From an uncultured Bacteroidota bacterium (GTDB lineage: Bacteria > Bacteroidota > Bacteroidia > Bacteroidales > GCA-2748055): a stretch of DNA of 64,000 nt. The stretch is taken from NCBI GenBank assembly GCA_937129385.1, contig CAKZNC010000220.1, forward strand, positions 32,483 through 96,482, in the 5' to 3' direction. How positions within the stretch are numbered: the first letter of the stretch is position 1; every line of letters starts with the position of its first letter. Both the position numbers and the translations under genes were made by a program. The notes beneath the pieces are model-generated. The model searched no databases. It was not told the DNA's origin and saw only the letters and a list, made by a program, of their open reading frames with translations. Shown here in pieces: positions 37,487 to 46,544 of the stretch.

Positions 37487-38074
37487 TTACTTTTTACCTT
37501 TCTTCATAGTTATGGTTCCTGTCCAGTGGTGAAATGAGTTTGCCGGGTAGGAGTCTCTATTGTAGTCATCTGTCATACCACCTCCGGAGGCTCCCTCGAA
37601 TCTACCCGTTCCGCCCAGTATTTCCCAGGGATCAGTGAAATATGAATTCACATCTTCCGGATGGTGCGGCAATCTTCCATTTATCACCCGGCCGTAAACC
37701 TTAACAAACAAGGTGTCGCCATTGGCAGCAACAAAAAAAGCTTCTATATGATCAAAAGGATATTCACCTGTTTGATCATTAACACAGAAATCAAAGTAAT
37801 GGGTAAATTTGCCCAGATGAGTTGCCGTTCCTCCTCCTTCATTAAAAATACGAATCATCGGATATGCTCCGCACATGTCCAGGTCAACACCGCTAGTTGG
37901 CATGTAATTGCCCATAAATTCAGCATTAAAAGGAACTGTAACTTCATGGGGTTTTGCACTTTTTTTTACACTAACAGGCAATTGGTCAACATTTTCGTCG
38001 GATTTTTCACATGCAACGAAAAGACCCAAAAAGGCCGCAAAAAAGAACAGTTTTACAATTGTTTTCATAATCAA
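37487..38074 (-). CDS. hypothetical lipoprotein
   Basis: Lipoprotein signal MKTIVKLFFFAAFLGLFVACEKSD. Beta-rich, with a GGTGRFEGASGG motif. Family not recognised. Confidence 0.55.
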   Translation of the reverse strand: MIMKTIVKLFFFAAFLGLFVACEKSDENVDQLPVSVKKSAKPHEVTVPFNAEFMGNYMPTSGVDLDMCGAYPMIRIFNEGGGTATHLGKFTHYFDFCVNDQTGEYPFDHIEAFFVAANGDTLFVKVYGRVINGRLPHHPEDVNSYFTDPWEILGGTGRFEGASGGGMTDDYNRDSYPANSFHHWTGTITMKKGKK

Positions 38075-38341
38075 TAATTTTTAGTTCGAAGTTTTGATTT
38101 AAAGCGTTATAATACACATGCAATTTCGGGATATACGAATGGTGAGACATAACAGCCATGTTGCAGAAACTGTCAATCATGTTGTTATGAAATAAAAAAA
38201 CATTTATACATATTAATCATGTTGCAATGACAGGTATCGATTGCCTCGGATCTTCAACCATATCGATGAAAGTATTAATGTGGAAGCATTAAGATTCAGG
38301 ATGGTGAATCCTGTGGTTGGAATGAAACGTATCAAAACAAT

Positions 38342-40219
38342 TCATTCAAGTGGTATATTCGTCATTTTTAGAATGGCGATGAATTCGGGATCGTCATGTA
38401 GAAACTGAAATTCGTATCTGGAATATATGTAGCAAATATCAGCTGATTTTCCCATTTGAATTCCTTGTCTCAAGTGCTCCAGTACCGATCTCCTCTCACC
38501 TAGCATTCCATATAGACTTGCAATGCTAAAATGATAATTAGCATTCAATGTATCATCGGGTCTTTGATCTTCAAAATATTCAATCAACCACTCAACCACA
38601 CCATTTATTCCGGATTCAGCATACGTTTGACTCAGCTCATCACGATGATTTTCGATAGGCGAGTGTAGCAGTAAATATTGGTTCAGTTCACTGACTGCCT
38701 TTGAATCTTCGCCTTTGTAATAATAGATAATAAACCTTCTCCAGTAGTTTGGTTTAAATTTCTTTTCAATCTCGAATAATTTTTCGCATTCCTTCAATGC
38801 TTCATCAAGTTTTCCCTGATTCAAATATATTAACGAGCTTTCATGGTAGTTAATTAAGGCGTTTGGGAAAAGTTCAATCGCTTTATCCAAATAGATGCGG
38901 GCTTCTTCATATTTTCCAAGCATTACCAGGTAATCTGCATAGAACAAGTAACCATTTGAATAATTAGGGTTGATTTCAATACTTTTTAAGAATTCTTTTT
39001 CTGCAAATCTCCAATTTTGATGGTAATAAAGTTCCATTGAACCAAGTGCTACATGAGGTTCAGCAAGATGATTCTCAAGCCGGATTGCTTCCAATGCATA
39101 TTCCTTGCTTTTGAGGAATCCTTCATCCCAGGGATACCATCCCCAAAATGATATAATAAGGTAAGCATCGGCAAGTCCAGCCCATGCTGAACTATATTCT
39201 GGATCAAGTTCAAGAGCCTGGTTAAAATATTCAATACTTTGTTTTAATCCTTGTTCTGTTCTTCGGTCCCAGAAAAAACGGCCTTTCTGATACAATTGGT
39301 AGGCTTCAGTATTTCTTGTAAAAACCTTCTCGATATAATTCATTTCCGATTCTGACAGCACGGTTTCCAATTCTGAAGCTATTTGACCGGAAACATCAGT
39401 AATAAATTCAAAAACCCCGGATAAATCCTTGCCATACTCAGCTGACCAGATATGCTTATCATTTATGGCATCAATTAACTGGATATAAATTCTGATATTT
39501 TTGCCTTCTTTCAGAATGGATCCCTCCAGCAAGTACGATACGCCAAGTTCATCTGCGATTTGAGGGGATGTTTTTGTTGAATTCCGATAAACTTCCGATG
39601 ATTTCCTTGATTTCACTGTTAATTCGCGTACATGTGACAAACGATTCAGAATATCTTCAAGGATTCCGTCAGCAAGGATTTGAGTTTCCGAATCGACTAA
39701 TGTGTTTTTTAATGGAAGAACAGCAATTGATTTATCCGTAATCGCATTCGAGATTCCCTTTTCACGGGTAAAAACCACCAACAGAGTAATGATGATTACA
39801 GCCATACCAACAGTGAGAAATATATGCAAAGGTCTTTGGAAAAACAGATTCCTGATATTGTCATCTTTCTTATTTTCTGAAGAGACTGGCGCGTATTTTA
39901 AATATTCTCCGGGCGCAAAACCAAACTTATCATGAAAACATTTTATAAAATAGGATGGGCTGTTAAAGCCAACATCATAAGCAATTTCTGAAACCGTATA
40001 TTTCTCCTGTTCCAGCAGATCTTTTGCTTTCTCTAATCTTATTTCCCTTATAAACTGGCTAACAGACTGGTTCGTAATTGATTTTAACTTCCGGTGAATG
40101 TGAGAGCGGCTCATACCCATTTCACGAGCCAATTCAGAAACTCCAAACTGTTCGTTTTTCAGATTTGTTTCAATAATTCCGCTTAGTTTCTTTAGAAACT
40201 GGTCATGTATCTCAGACAT
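38342..40219 (-). CDS. membrane-anchored AraC-type HTH regulator with extracytoplasmic TPR domain
   Basis: N-terminal HTH_AraC (FGVSELAREMGMSRSHIHRKLK; YTVSEIAYDVGFNSPSYFIKCFHDKFGFAPGEY), one TM helix (LHIFLTVGMAVIIITLLVVF), and a C-terminal run of TPR units. Clearly AT-richer than neighbouring genes. Confidence 0.7.
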   Translation of the reverse strand: MSEIHDQFLKKLSGIIETNLKNEQFGVSELAREMGMSRSHIHRKLKSITNQSVSQFIREIRLEKAKDLLEQEKYTVSEIAYDVGFNSPSYFIKCFHDKFGFAPGEYLKYAPVSSENKKDDNIRNLFFQRPLHIFLTVGMAVIIITLLVVFTREKGISNAITDKSIAVLPLKNTLVDSETQILADGILEDILNRLSHVRELTVKSRKSSEVYRNSTKTSPQIADELGVSYLLEGSILKEGKNIRIYIQLIDAINDKHIWSAEYGKDLSGVFEFITDVSGQIASELETVLSESEMNYIEKVFTRNTEAYQLYQKGRFFWDRRTEQGLKQSIEYFNQALELDPEYSSAWAGLADAYLIISFWGWYPWDEGFLKSKEYALEAIRLENHLAEPHVALGSMELYYHQNWRFAEKEFLKSIEINPNYSNGYLFYADYLVMLGKYEEARIYLDKAIELFPNALINYHESSLIYLNQGKLDEALKECEKLFEIEKKFKPNYWRRFIIYYYKGEDSKAVSELNQYLLLHSPIENHRDELSQTYAESGINGVVEWLIEYFEDQRPDDTLNANYHFSIASLYGMLGERRSVLEHLRQGIQMGKSADICYIYSRYEFQFLHDDPEFIAILKMTNIPLE

Positions 40220-40316
40220 AAGAGGAAAAGCCTATAGTTCATATAAATTTACGAATTGTTTTTAAGATTGGGGAAGGTGATAATTAAATCATCAACAAAT
40301 CCATCAACACTCTAAC

Positions 40317-40350
40317 AAAAAAATCCCGCAAGTCATTGACTATGCGGGAT
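40317..40350 (-). terminator. intrinsic terminator of tRNA-Phe
   Basis: Minus strand: atcccgca-tagtcaatgact-tgcgggat (8-bp stem) followed by T7, 14 nt after the end of the 14-bp repeat (16 nt after the tRNA 3' end). Confidence 0.7.
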
Positions 40351-40364
40351 CTGCAGTTTGTTTC

Positions 40365-40378
40365 GGTGGTGCCACCAG
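40365..40378. repeat. 14-bp direct repeat (proximal copy: last 12 nt of tRNA-Phe plus 2 nt)
   Basis: ggtggtgccaccag is identical to 37343..37356. Confidence 0.8.
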
Positions 40379-40439
40379 GAATCGAACCAGGGACACCAGG
40401 ATTTTCAGTCCTGTGCTCTACCAACTGAGCTATGGCACC
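40367..40439 (-). tRNA. tRNA-Phe (anticodon GAA)
   Basis: Minus-strand sequence GGTGCCATAGCTCAGTTGGTAGAGCACAGGACTGAAAATCCTGGTGTCCCTGGTTCGATTCCTGGTGGCACCA. 7-bp acceptor stem, GTTCGATTC T-loop, anticodon loop CTGAAAA. 73 nt, CCA not encoded. Confidence 0.9.
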
Positions 40440-40786
40440 GACATTTCCTGAATCATGTTCAGGAGGACATCGAATCTTGGTGGGCAGACAGTATAAGATG
40501 CTGCTGTGATCGACAAGATGTCCTGTTTACTTCCGGCTCTTCCGGCAACAGCCTTGGTGATGACATTTCATCACATGAGCAAGAAAGCGTGGCAAATTTA
40601 GTGACATTTTTGAAACACTACAAACAATTCAAAACAAACCGCCTCTTTAGAAAGAGTCTAAATAGATGTGCGGTAGCTGCATCTGACAGAGGTTTTTTAT
40701 ACAAAAAGAAAATCATCAGTATATTTCGCCCACAGGGATTCAAATTCACATCGATGCGAACGGGGACGACCACTCAGATGGATTTT

Positions 40787-43243
40787 ATGAAAAGGAAGCG
40801 TACAAAGGCAACAGGCGGGAAAGCGGGTATATTATTAATTATTCTCGTCAACATACTGCTGCCGGCTCGAATTTCGGGGCAATCTTATCTCACCGTTTCC
40901 CCCGATACAGCAGTCACCCACCAGACCATGGTGGGATTTGGTGGCAGTCTTGCCTTTTATGAAGGCTGGGTCACTGCTCACCCAAATAAAAGCGGGATCT
41001 ACGAAGCCATTTTCGGGGAGCTGAGCCTGGATATTCTCCGTGTCAGGAATGCGCATGAATACCTGCCAGGGATGATCAATACGGTGAGTGAATTTGTGCA
41101 GGCTGCAGAAGCTTCACTTGGAGCTCCCATCTCGGTGCTCTCCACCTCCTGGGGACCCCCGGGACGACTGAAGAGCAACAATGACAGGAGCAACGGCGGC
41201 ACCCTGCGATACACAGTCAGCGAAGGCAACGTGGAATTCGATTACGCCGGGTTCGCATCCTGGTGGCAATCCTCTCTTGATGAATACAATGCCAGCGGGA
41301 TCTACCCTGAATACATCAGCATCCAAAATGAACCGGACTGGACTGCAGATTATGAATCCTGCAGGCTCAATCCTTCTGAGACAGTGAATTCTTCTGATAC
41401 CATCGCCGGGTACAATAAGGCGCTGCAGGCAGTGCACGATTCGGTACAGACCCGCGACCATGTTCCCATGCTGCTGGGCCCTGAAACCATTGGGATCGGG
41501 TACAACGCCGTGGAGAACTACTGCAATCAGATGGATCTCTCACTGGTTGCCGGAATCGCACACCACCTCTATCATGGCGTAGATGAAGATCAACCCTTTG
41601 AAAGCACCCTTTATCAGAAAGTGGCAGATTACAGGCCTGATATACCACATTTCCAGACGGAGTACTCCCGGGGAAACTGGTGGTCGGTGGGCGGACTCAT
41701 CCACAAATCGTTGTGCGACGAGGATGCCGTTGCCTACCTCTACTGGGACCTCGCCTGGGACGGCGGCGGATTGGTGGCACTGGATTTCCCGTGGGACCGC
41801 GACAGGTGGTCAAACAGTGTTGGTTATACCCGTACAAAAGATTTTTACGCATTCAAGCAGTTTTCCGCATTTATTCATCCCGGCTGGGAACGGATCTCCA
41901 CTCCTGTTTCGGATGACAGCGTGGCGGTATCCTTCTTTATGAGTCCCGACAAAGACTCTGCCGCAATGGTCATTATCAACCGCTATTCAGCGAAGCATTT
42001 GATGTGTAACCTGAATGTTCCCGGCTATACCATCGAAAGGGCCGATCTCTACGCTACCTCCGGATCACAAAACTGCACTTTCCTGGGAGACAAGAAAGAT
42101 CAGATTCTGGATATCGGACCCCTGAGCATTGCCACAGTCTCCATGGGTCTTTCAGATATTTCCATTGAGATCCCGGTTGCATCTGTCGAGCTGAGCCCTG
42201 CTGATGATTCCATTACAAATAGGCTTGACTCAATGCAAATCGAAGCCACCATTCTTCCTTTAGATGCTTCTGCAACAACTCTTTTCTGGGAAATCACCTC
42301 AGGAAATTCCCTTGCCCAGGTGACTCAGGATGGTTTGTTGAAAGCGAAAGGAAACGGGAACGGCGAAGTTGTTGTCAGAGCTTCCACGACAGACGGTTCT
42401 GGTATCTTTGCAGATACGACCATTGTCCTTGTCAACCAACTATTGGTTACCGATATCGACTTATCTGGAAACCCGGACCTGCTTGATCTGCCTATGGGCA
42501 CGCTACAGCTGAGCGCGACGGTCATGCCGAAAGATGCTTACAATAAAACTCTTTCATGGGAAATCACAGCGGGTGCAGGAATCGCTACAATCACACAGGA
42601 GGGCCTCGTGCTGGCCAATGGAACGGCAGATGGAAATGTTGAAGTAAGGGCTGCGGCTACAGACGGGTCGGGTGTTATGGCATCCATCACCATTGAGATC
42701 ACCAACCAGGTTGCGGTTGATGGTGTAACCATCACACCTGCTGAAGCTACGATCGATACGCTGATGGGATCGGTCAGACTGGAAGCGATCGTGACTCCCG
42801 AAAATGCATCGATAAAATCTGTTGACTGGTCCATTCTATCCGGAAGTGAACTGGCGATGATCGATCCCGTGGGAAGGGTGATCTCGAAAGGAAAGGGTGA
42901 CGGTGATGTAACCATCAGGGCGACCTCGGAGAGTAATCCTGAAATCTTTGCTGATGCGGTTGTTCATATCACCAACCAGACTGATGGAGCGAAGAGTGAA
43001 ACAATATTGCAGGCATGGGGCTGGTACGCCAACGGTCATATCCATTGCAGAATACAGCCTAAGGGAGCCGCAAGGCGTTTGCATGTCTATTCAATTACCG
43101 GGAAAGTGATCAGCCAGGTGGAAATTCCTCCATACGATGGTCATGTGCGTGTAGATGTATCCAATATGCAGGCAGCCCTTTTCATCGTCGTGATCGAGAC
43201 ACCCGGCATGCCAGGGATCTATTTTAAAGTATCGGCAGAGTAG
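40787..43243 (+). CDS. glycoside hydrolase family 30 enzyme with 3 x Big_2 modules and C-terminal sorting-type domain
   Basis: Start moved downstream of the tRNA to MKRKRTKATGGKAGILLIILVNILLPARISG (alternative ATGs at 40754 and 40778). GH30 motifs QTMVGFGGSLAFYEG and YISIQNEPDW. Three ~89-aa Big_2 repeats (42176..42979), followed by an ~85-aa beta-sandwich tail. Confidence 0.75.
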   Translation: MKRKRTKATGGKAGILLIILVNILLPARISGQSYLTVSPDTAVTHQTMVGFGGSLAFYEGWVTAHPNKSGIYEAIFGELSLDILRVRNAHEYLPGMINTVSEFVQAAEASLGAPISVLSTSWGPPGRLKSNNDRSNGGTLRYTVSEGNVEFDYAGFASWWQSSLDEYNASGIYPEYISIQNEPDWTADYESCRLNPSETVNSSDTIAGYNKALQAVHDSVQTRDHVPMLLGPETIGIGYNAVENYCNQMDLSLVAGIAHHLYHGVDEDQPFESTLYQKVADYRPDIPHFQTEYSRGNWWSVGGLIHKSLCDEDAVAYLYWDLAWDGGGLVALDFPWDRDRWSNSVGYTRTKDFYAFKQFSAFIHPGWERISTPVSDDSVAVSFFMSPDKDSAAMVIINRYSAKHLMCNLNVPGYTIERADLYATSGSQNCTFLGDKKDQILDIGPLSIATVSMGLSDISIEIPVASVELSPADDSITNRLDSMQIEATILPLDASATTLFWEITSGNSLAQVTQDGLLKAKGNGNGEVVVRASTTDGSGIFADTTIVLVNQLLVTDIDLSGNPDLLDLPMGTLQLSATVMPKDAYNKTLSWEITAGAGIATITQEGLVLANGTADGNVEVRAAATDGSGVMASITIEITNQVAVDGVTITPAEATIDTLMGSVRLEAIVTPENASIKSVDWSILSGSELAMIDPVGRVISKGKGDGDVTIRATSESNPEIFADAVVHITNQTDGAKSETILQAWGWYANGHIHCRIQPKGAARRLHVYSITGKVISQVEIPPYDGHVRVDVSNMQAALFIVVIETPGMPGIYFKVSAE
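42176..42979 (+). repeat. three tandem Big_2 (bacterial Ig-like) coding repeats
   Basis: Three ~89-aa units share the pattern L.A.V.P..A....L.WEI.SG...A.....G.L.A.G.G.V.VRA...DGSG and end in VNQ / TNQ / TNQ. Confidence 0.75.
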
Positions 43244-43379
43244 TTATTGAAAATCAAGGTCCATGCGATATCAGGGGAAATTCCCTGAATATAGCCAGCC
43301 GTTATTCAGACATCTGCCGGAAGATTTCATGTTAAACTTATTAAAAAGTAGGAGAATTACCTCTACTTTTGCGCCAACG

Positions 43380-44606
43380 ATGCAAATGGAATACAATACA
43401 ACCAGTTTGCCCAACGGCATCCGGCTGATCCATCACCGTAATCATTCGGAGGTGGCTCATTTCGGTCTGCTGGTGCATACCGGTACCAGGGATGAACATC
43501 CGGATGAACATGGGCTGGCCCATTTCATGGAGCACATGTTTTTCAAGGGGACAAGGAAACGTTCGGCTTACCAGATCATCTCCCGGCTGGAAGATGTGGG
43601 TGGGGAGGTCAATGCCTATACCACGAAAGAGGAGACCGCTATATATGCAACTTTTTTAAAAGATGATGCCAGGAAAGCCATCGAGTTGATCCAGGACATC
43701 TTTGTAAATTCCCTGTTTGAAGAGAAAGAGCGGATCAAGGAGACCGAAGTAATCCTGAGCGAGATACAGACTTACGAGGATACGCCGTCGGAATTGATCT
43801 TCGACCACGCAGAGGAGTTGCTGTTTCCTGAACATCCCATCGGAAGGAACATCCTGGGCAGCAGGGAGTCGTTGCACCGTTTCAGGAATGGCCTTGTGGA
43901 AAAATTCAGGAATGAAAACTATGCCACAGCGGAGATCGTGCTGTGTGCGGTGGGAAACATTCCCTTTGATAAACTATCCCGTTATGCGGAGCGGTATTTT
44001 TATGATCTTCCAGAACGATCCAGGACTCGTTCCAGGGAGGTTCCGGAACCATCCGGCGGGAAAAAACTGAAGGTTGCCCGGAACACATTCCAGGCACATT
44101 GTGTAATTTCCGGACAGGCATACTCCTACCGGCATGATGACAGGATCGCCTTGCACCTGCTGAATAATATTCTTGGCGGACCGGGAATGAATTCCAGGTT
44201 GAACATGGCACTCCGTGAACGGCGAGGTTTCTCCTACAGTGCTGAGTCACATTACCTGCCGTATACCGACAGTGGGGCTATCAATATTTACTTTAGCTGT
44301 GATAAGGACCGTTTTCAGAAAAGTCTCGAGGTGACTCGCGGTGAACTTAAGAAGCTTAGAAGCAAACCTATCCAGGAAAAGCGGCTGAATTTTGCCCGCC
44401 GTCAACTGCTTGGTCAGATCGCCATCTCCTCGGAAAACGGTGAGCACCTGATGATGAGCATGGCCAAGAGCTACCTGCTCTACAACCGCGTTGACAGTCT
44501 GCCGGAAATTGCACGGAAACTTGACACGGTGACAGCGGAAAAGCTCCTGGATGTCGCAAATGAGGTACTTGATCCTGCCAACCTGAACACATTGATCTAC
44601 ATGTAA
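43380..44606 (+). CDS. M16 family (pitrilysin/insulinase-like) zinc peptidase
   Basis: Start moved to MQMEYNTTSLPNGIRLI. Inverted zinc motif GLAHFMEHMFFKGT (HxxEH). Confidence 0.8.
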   Translation: MQMEYNTTSLPNGIRLIHHRNHSEVAHFGLLVHTGTRDEHPDEHGLAHFMEHMFFKGTRKRSAYQIISRLEDVGGEVNAYTTKEETAIYATFLKDDARKAIELIQDIFVNSLFEEKERIKETEVILSEIQTYEDTPSELIFDHAEELLFPEHPIGRNILGSRESLHRFRNGLVEKFRNENYATAEIVLCAVGNIPFDKLSRYAERYFYDLPERSRTRSREVPEPSGGKKLKVARNTFQAHCVISGQAYSYRHDDRIALHLLNNILGGPGMNSRLNMALRERRGFSYSAESHYLPYTDSGAINIYFSCDKDRFQKSLEVTRGELKKLRSKPIQEKRLNFARRQLLGQIAISSENGEHLMMSMAKSYLLYNRVDSLPEIARKLDTVTAEKLLDVANEVLDPANLNTLIYM

Positions 44607-45250
44607 TGAACACATTTGAATTTCCCGATTTCATACTGAGATACGCAGAGGATCATACATCTGAAGAGGACCCGGTATTGCAGGAATTATTCAGGAATAC
44701 GCACCTGAAGACCGTTTATCCGCAGATGATTTCTGGAAAGGTACAGGGTCAGTTCCTGTCATTTATCAGTCAGATGATCCGTCCTTCCCGCATCCTGGAG
44801 ATCGGAACTTTTACAGGGTACTCGGCCTATTGCCTGGCCAGGGGATTGCAGAAGAACGGGAAGCTGGTCACTTTAGAGGTGAATGAGGAGCTTGAAGAGA
44901 TGATCAGCCTGTTTTTCAGGAAAGCAGGCATTGAGCATAAGACGGAGCTGGTGATCGGGGATGCGCTGGAGGCGATGGGGAATATGGAAGAGAAATTCGA
45001 CCTGATTTTTATTGATGCCCACAAAGAAGACTACCCGTCATACTATGAAAAAAGCATTCATTTGTTAAATAACGGGGGATATCTGATCGCCGACAATGTG
45101 TTGTGGAGTGGAAAAGTGACCTCGGTTCCAACGGGTGACAGCTCATCAGCTAAGTTACATGAGTTCAACTCTATAGTTCAGGAAGATCCCCGGGTGGAAA
45201 ATGTAATGTTGACGATCCGCGACGGCCTCATGTTGGTTAAAAAGCGCTGA
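44606..45250 (+). CDS. class I SAM-dependent O-methyltransferase (caffeoyl-CoA OMT/YrrM-like)
   Basis: ILEIGTFTGYSAYCLARGL (SAM motif I), FDLIFIDAHKEDY and ADNVLWSG. The start overlaps the M16 stop by 1 nt. Confidence 0.8.
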   Translation: MNTFEFPDFILRYAEDHTSEEDPVLQELFRNTHLKTVYPQMISGKVQGQFLSFISQMIRPSRILEIGTFTGYSAYCLARGLQKNGKLVTLEVNEELEEMISLFFRKAGIEHKTELVIGDALEAMGNMEEKFDLIFIDAHKEDYPSYYEKSIHLLNNGGYLIADNVLWSGKVTSVPTGDSSSAKLHEFNSIVQEDPRVENVMLTIRDGLMLVKKR

Positions 45251-45341
45251 TTTGTTTAAAAAATTCTGAGCAAGTATAAACAATAATAGCTTCTTACTTG
45301 TTATTTTGCTGGTGTAATCTGAAATTAACAATGAGGAACAG

Positions 45342-46229
45342 ATGGCAGTATATTCAATAAAGGAGTTGGAGAGCCTTTCAGGAATTAAGGCGCATACGAT
45401 CAGAATATGGGAGAAGAGATACAACCTTATTGAACCTTATCGCACCACTACCAATATCAGGTATTATACAGACCAGGAGTTAAAGAAGATTCTGAATGTT
45501 GCTATGCTGAACAGGCATGGCATCAAAATATCCAATATTGCCAGGCTGAGCGATAAGGAGATGAAAGAGGAGATCCTCCGCGTCGCAAGGAGTAATCCAA
45601 ATCTTGAAAATACGATTGACTCACTGATCATATCCATGATCGATATGGACGAGATCAAATTTAACTCCATCGTCAACAAAACCATCTCCAAGTACGGATT
45701 TACTGCCGCTTTCATCAACGTGGTTTACCCCTTCCTTGAAAAGATCGGTGTACTCTGGATGGCCGGAGATGTCAGTCCCGCACAGGAGCATTTTGTCTCC
45801 AACCTGATTCGCCAGAAGATCATCTCTGCAGTTGATAATTTTTCCCATGTATTTAATCCCAGGGCACAGAAGTTCCTTCTTTTCCTGCCCGAGGGAGAGT
45901 GGCACGAGATCGGTTTGCTGTTTGCGCTCTACCTGCTGAAAGAGGCAGGGCATGATGTCATCTACCTGGGACAATCAGTTCCCTATTCAGATGTTCTTGC
46001 CACGGGCTCAGCCAGGAATTTTGATCATATCCTGGTGTCCTCCACGGTGCCGCAGACTGAATTCGATTTTATTACTTACCTGAAAGACCTTGGTGGAGCC
46101 TATCCCGACAAAAGGATTCTTTATTTTGCAGGATATCTCAATGATGGCCCCGATTACTTCGGGAAGAACTATTTCCACCTGAAAAGCGTCAAAGACCTCC
46201 AGGATTATATCAAGAAGATCGAAGATTAA
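45342..46229 (+). CDS. MerR-family regulator with B12-binding domain (CarH/LitR-like candidate photoreceptor)
   Basis: MerR HTH YSIKELESLSGIKAHTIRIWEKRYNLIEP...NIRYY. W-x9-EH motif LWMAGDVSPAQEH. Lower-ligand motif E-x-H-x-x-G (GEWHEIG) 38 residues later, followed by Rossmann-like AGHDVIYLGQSVP. Confidence 0.75.
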   Translation: MAVYSIKELESLSGIKAHTIRIWEKRYNLIEPYRTTTNIRYYTDQELKKILNVAMLNRHGIKISNIARLSDKEMKEEILRVARSNPNLENTIDSLIISMIDMDEIKFNSIVNKTISKYGFTAAFINVVYPFLEKIGVLWMAGDVSPAQEHFVSNLIRQKIISAVDNFSHVFNPRAQKFLLFLPEGEWHEIGLLFALYLLKEAGHDVIYLGQSVPYSDVLATGSARNFDHILVSSTVPQTEFDFITYLKDLGGAYPDKRILYFAGYLNDGPDYFGKNYFHLKSVKDLQDYIKKIED

Positions 46230-46472
46230 GTGCGATCTCTTCCGAATACAGAGCTATTCATCTTTTAAAAAAAGGTGTAAGAGTGATGGAATTTTTATAT
46301 CCCCCCCCTTTCTGTTAAACAAAAAATCATTGAACCTAAACAAAATGATGTTTTTATATAATTTAGAAATATAAAGACTTATGCCTCCTTTTTTCCTTTA
46401 TTCACAAGCCTTTTGGGGGTGACTGCTTATTTAGAATAACGTCTTTTTCAGACCTTTATGTGATTTCAAAAC

Positions 46473-46503
46473 TTGCATTGTGTTCAACTAATCCTTAGAT
46501 TTG
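46473..46503 (+). promoter_or_regulatory. Bacteroidetes-type promoter-like motif upstream of the ECF sigma gene
   Basis: ttg (46473..46475), a 20-nt spacer, and tagatttg (46496..46503, matching TAnnTTTG), 42 nt before the ATG at 46545. Confidence 0.3.
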
Positions 46504-46544
46504 TTAAACATTTGAAATCAGAAATACTCTTAAACTAAATAATT

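Noticed and set aside
40358-40786. N-terminal 143 codons of the 961-aa ORF containing the GH30 enzyme
   Set aside because: This part overlaps tRNA-Phe on the opposite strand and encodes Cys/His/Gln-rich nonsense. A proper signal peptide starts at the internal ATG at 40787.
45271-45300. Inverted repeat CAAGTA-N18-TACTTG upstream of the B12-MerR gene as a possible operator
   Set aside because: It has only 6-bp arms and does not extend. Such a repeat is expected by chance in AT-rich intergenic DNA and is too weak to call.
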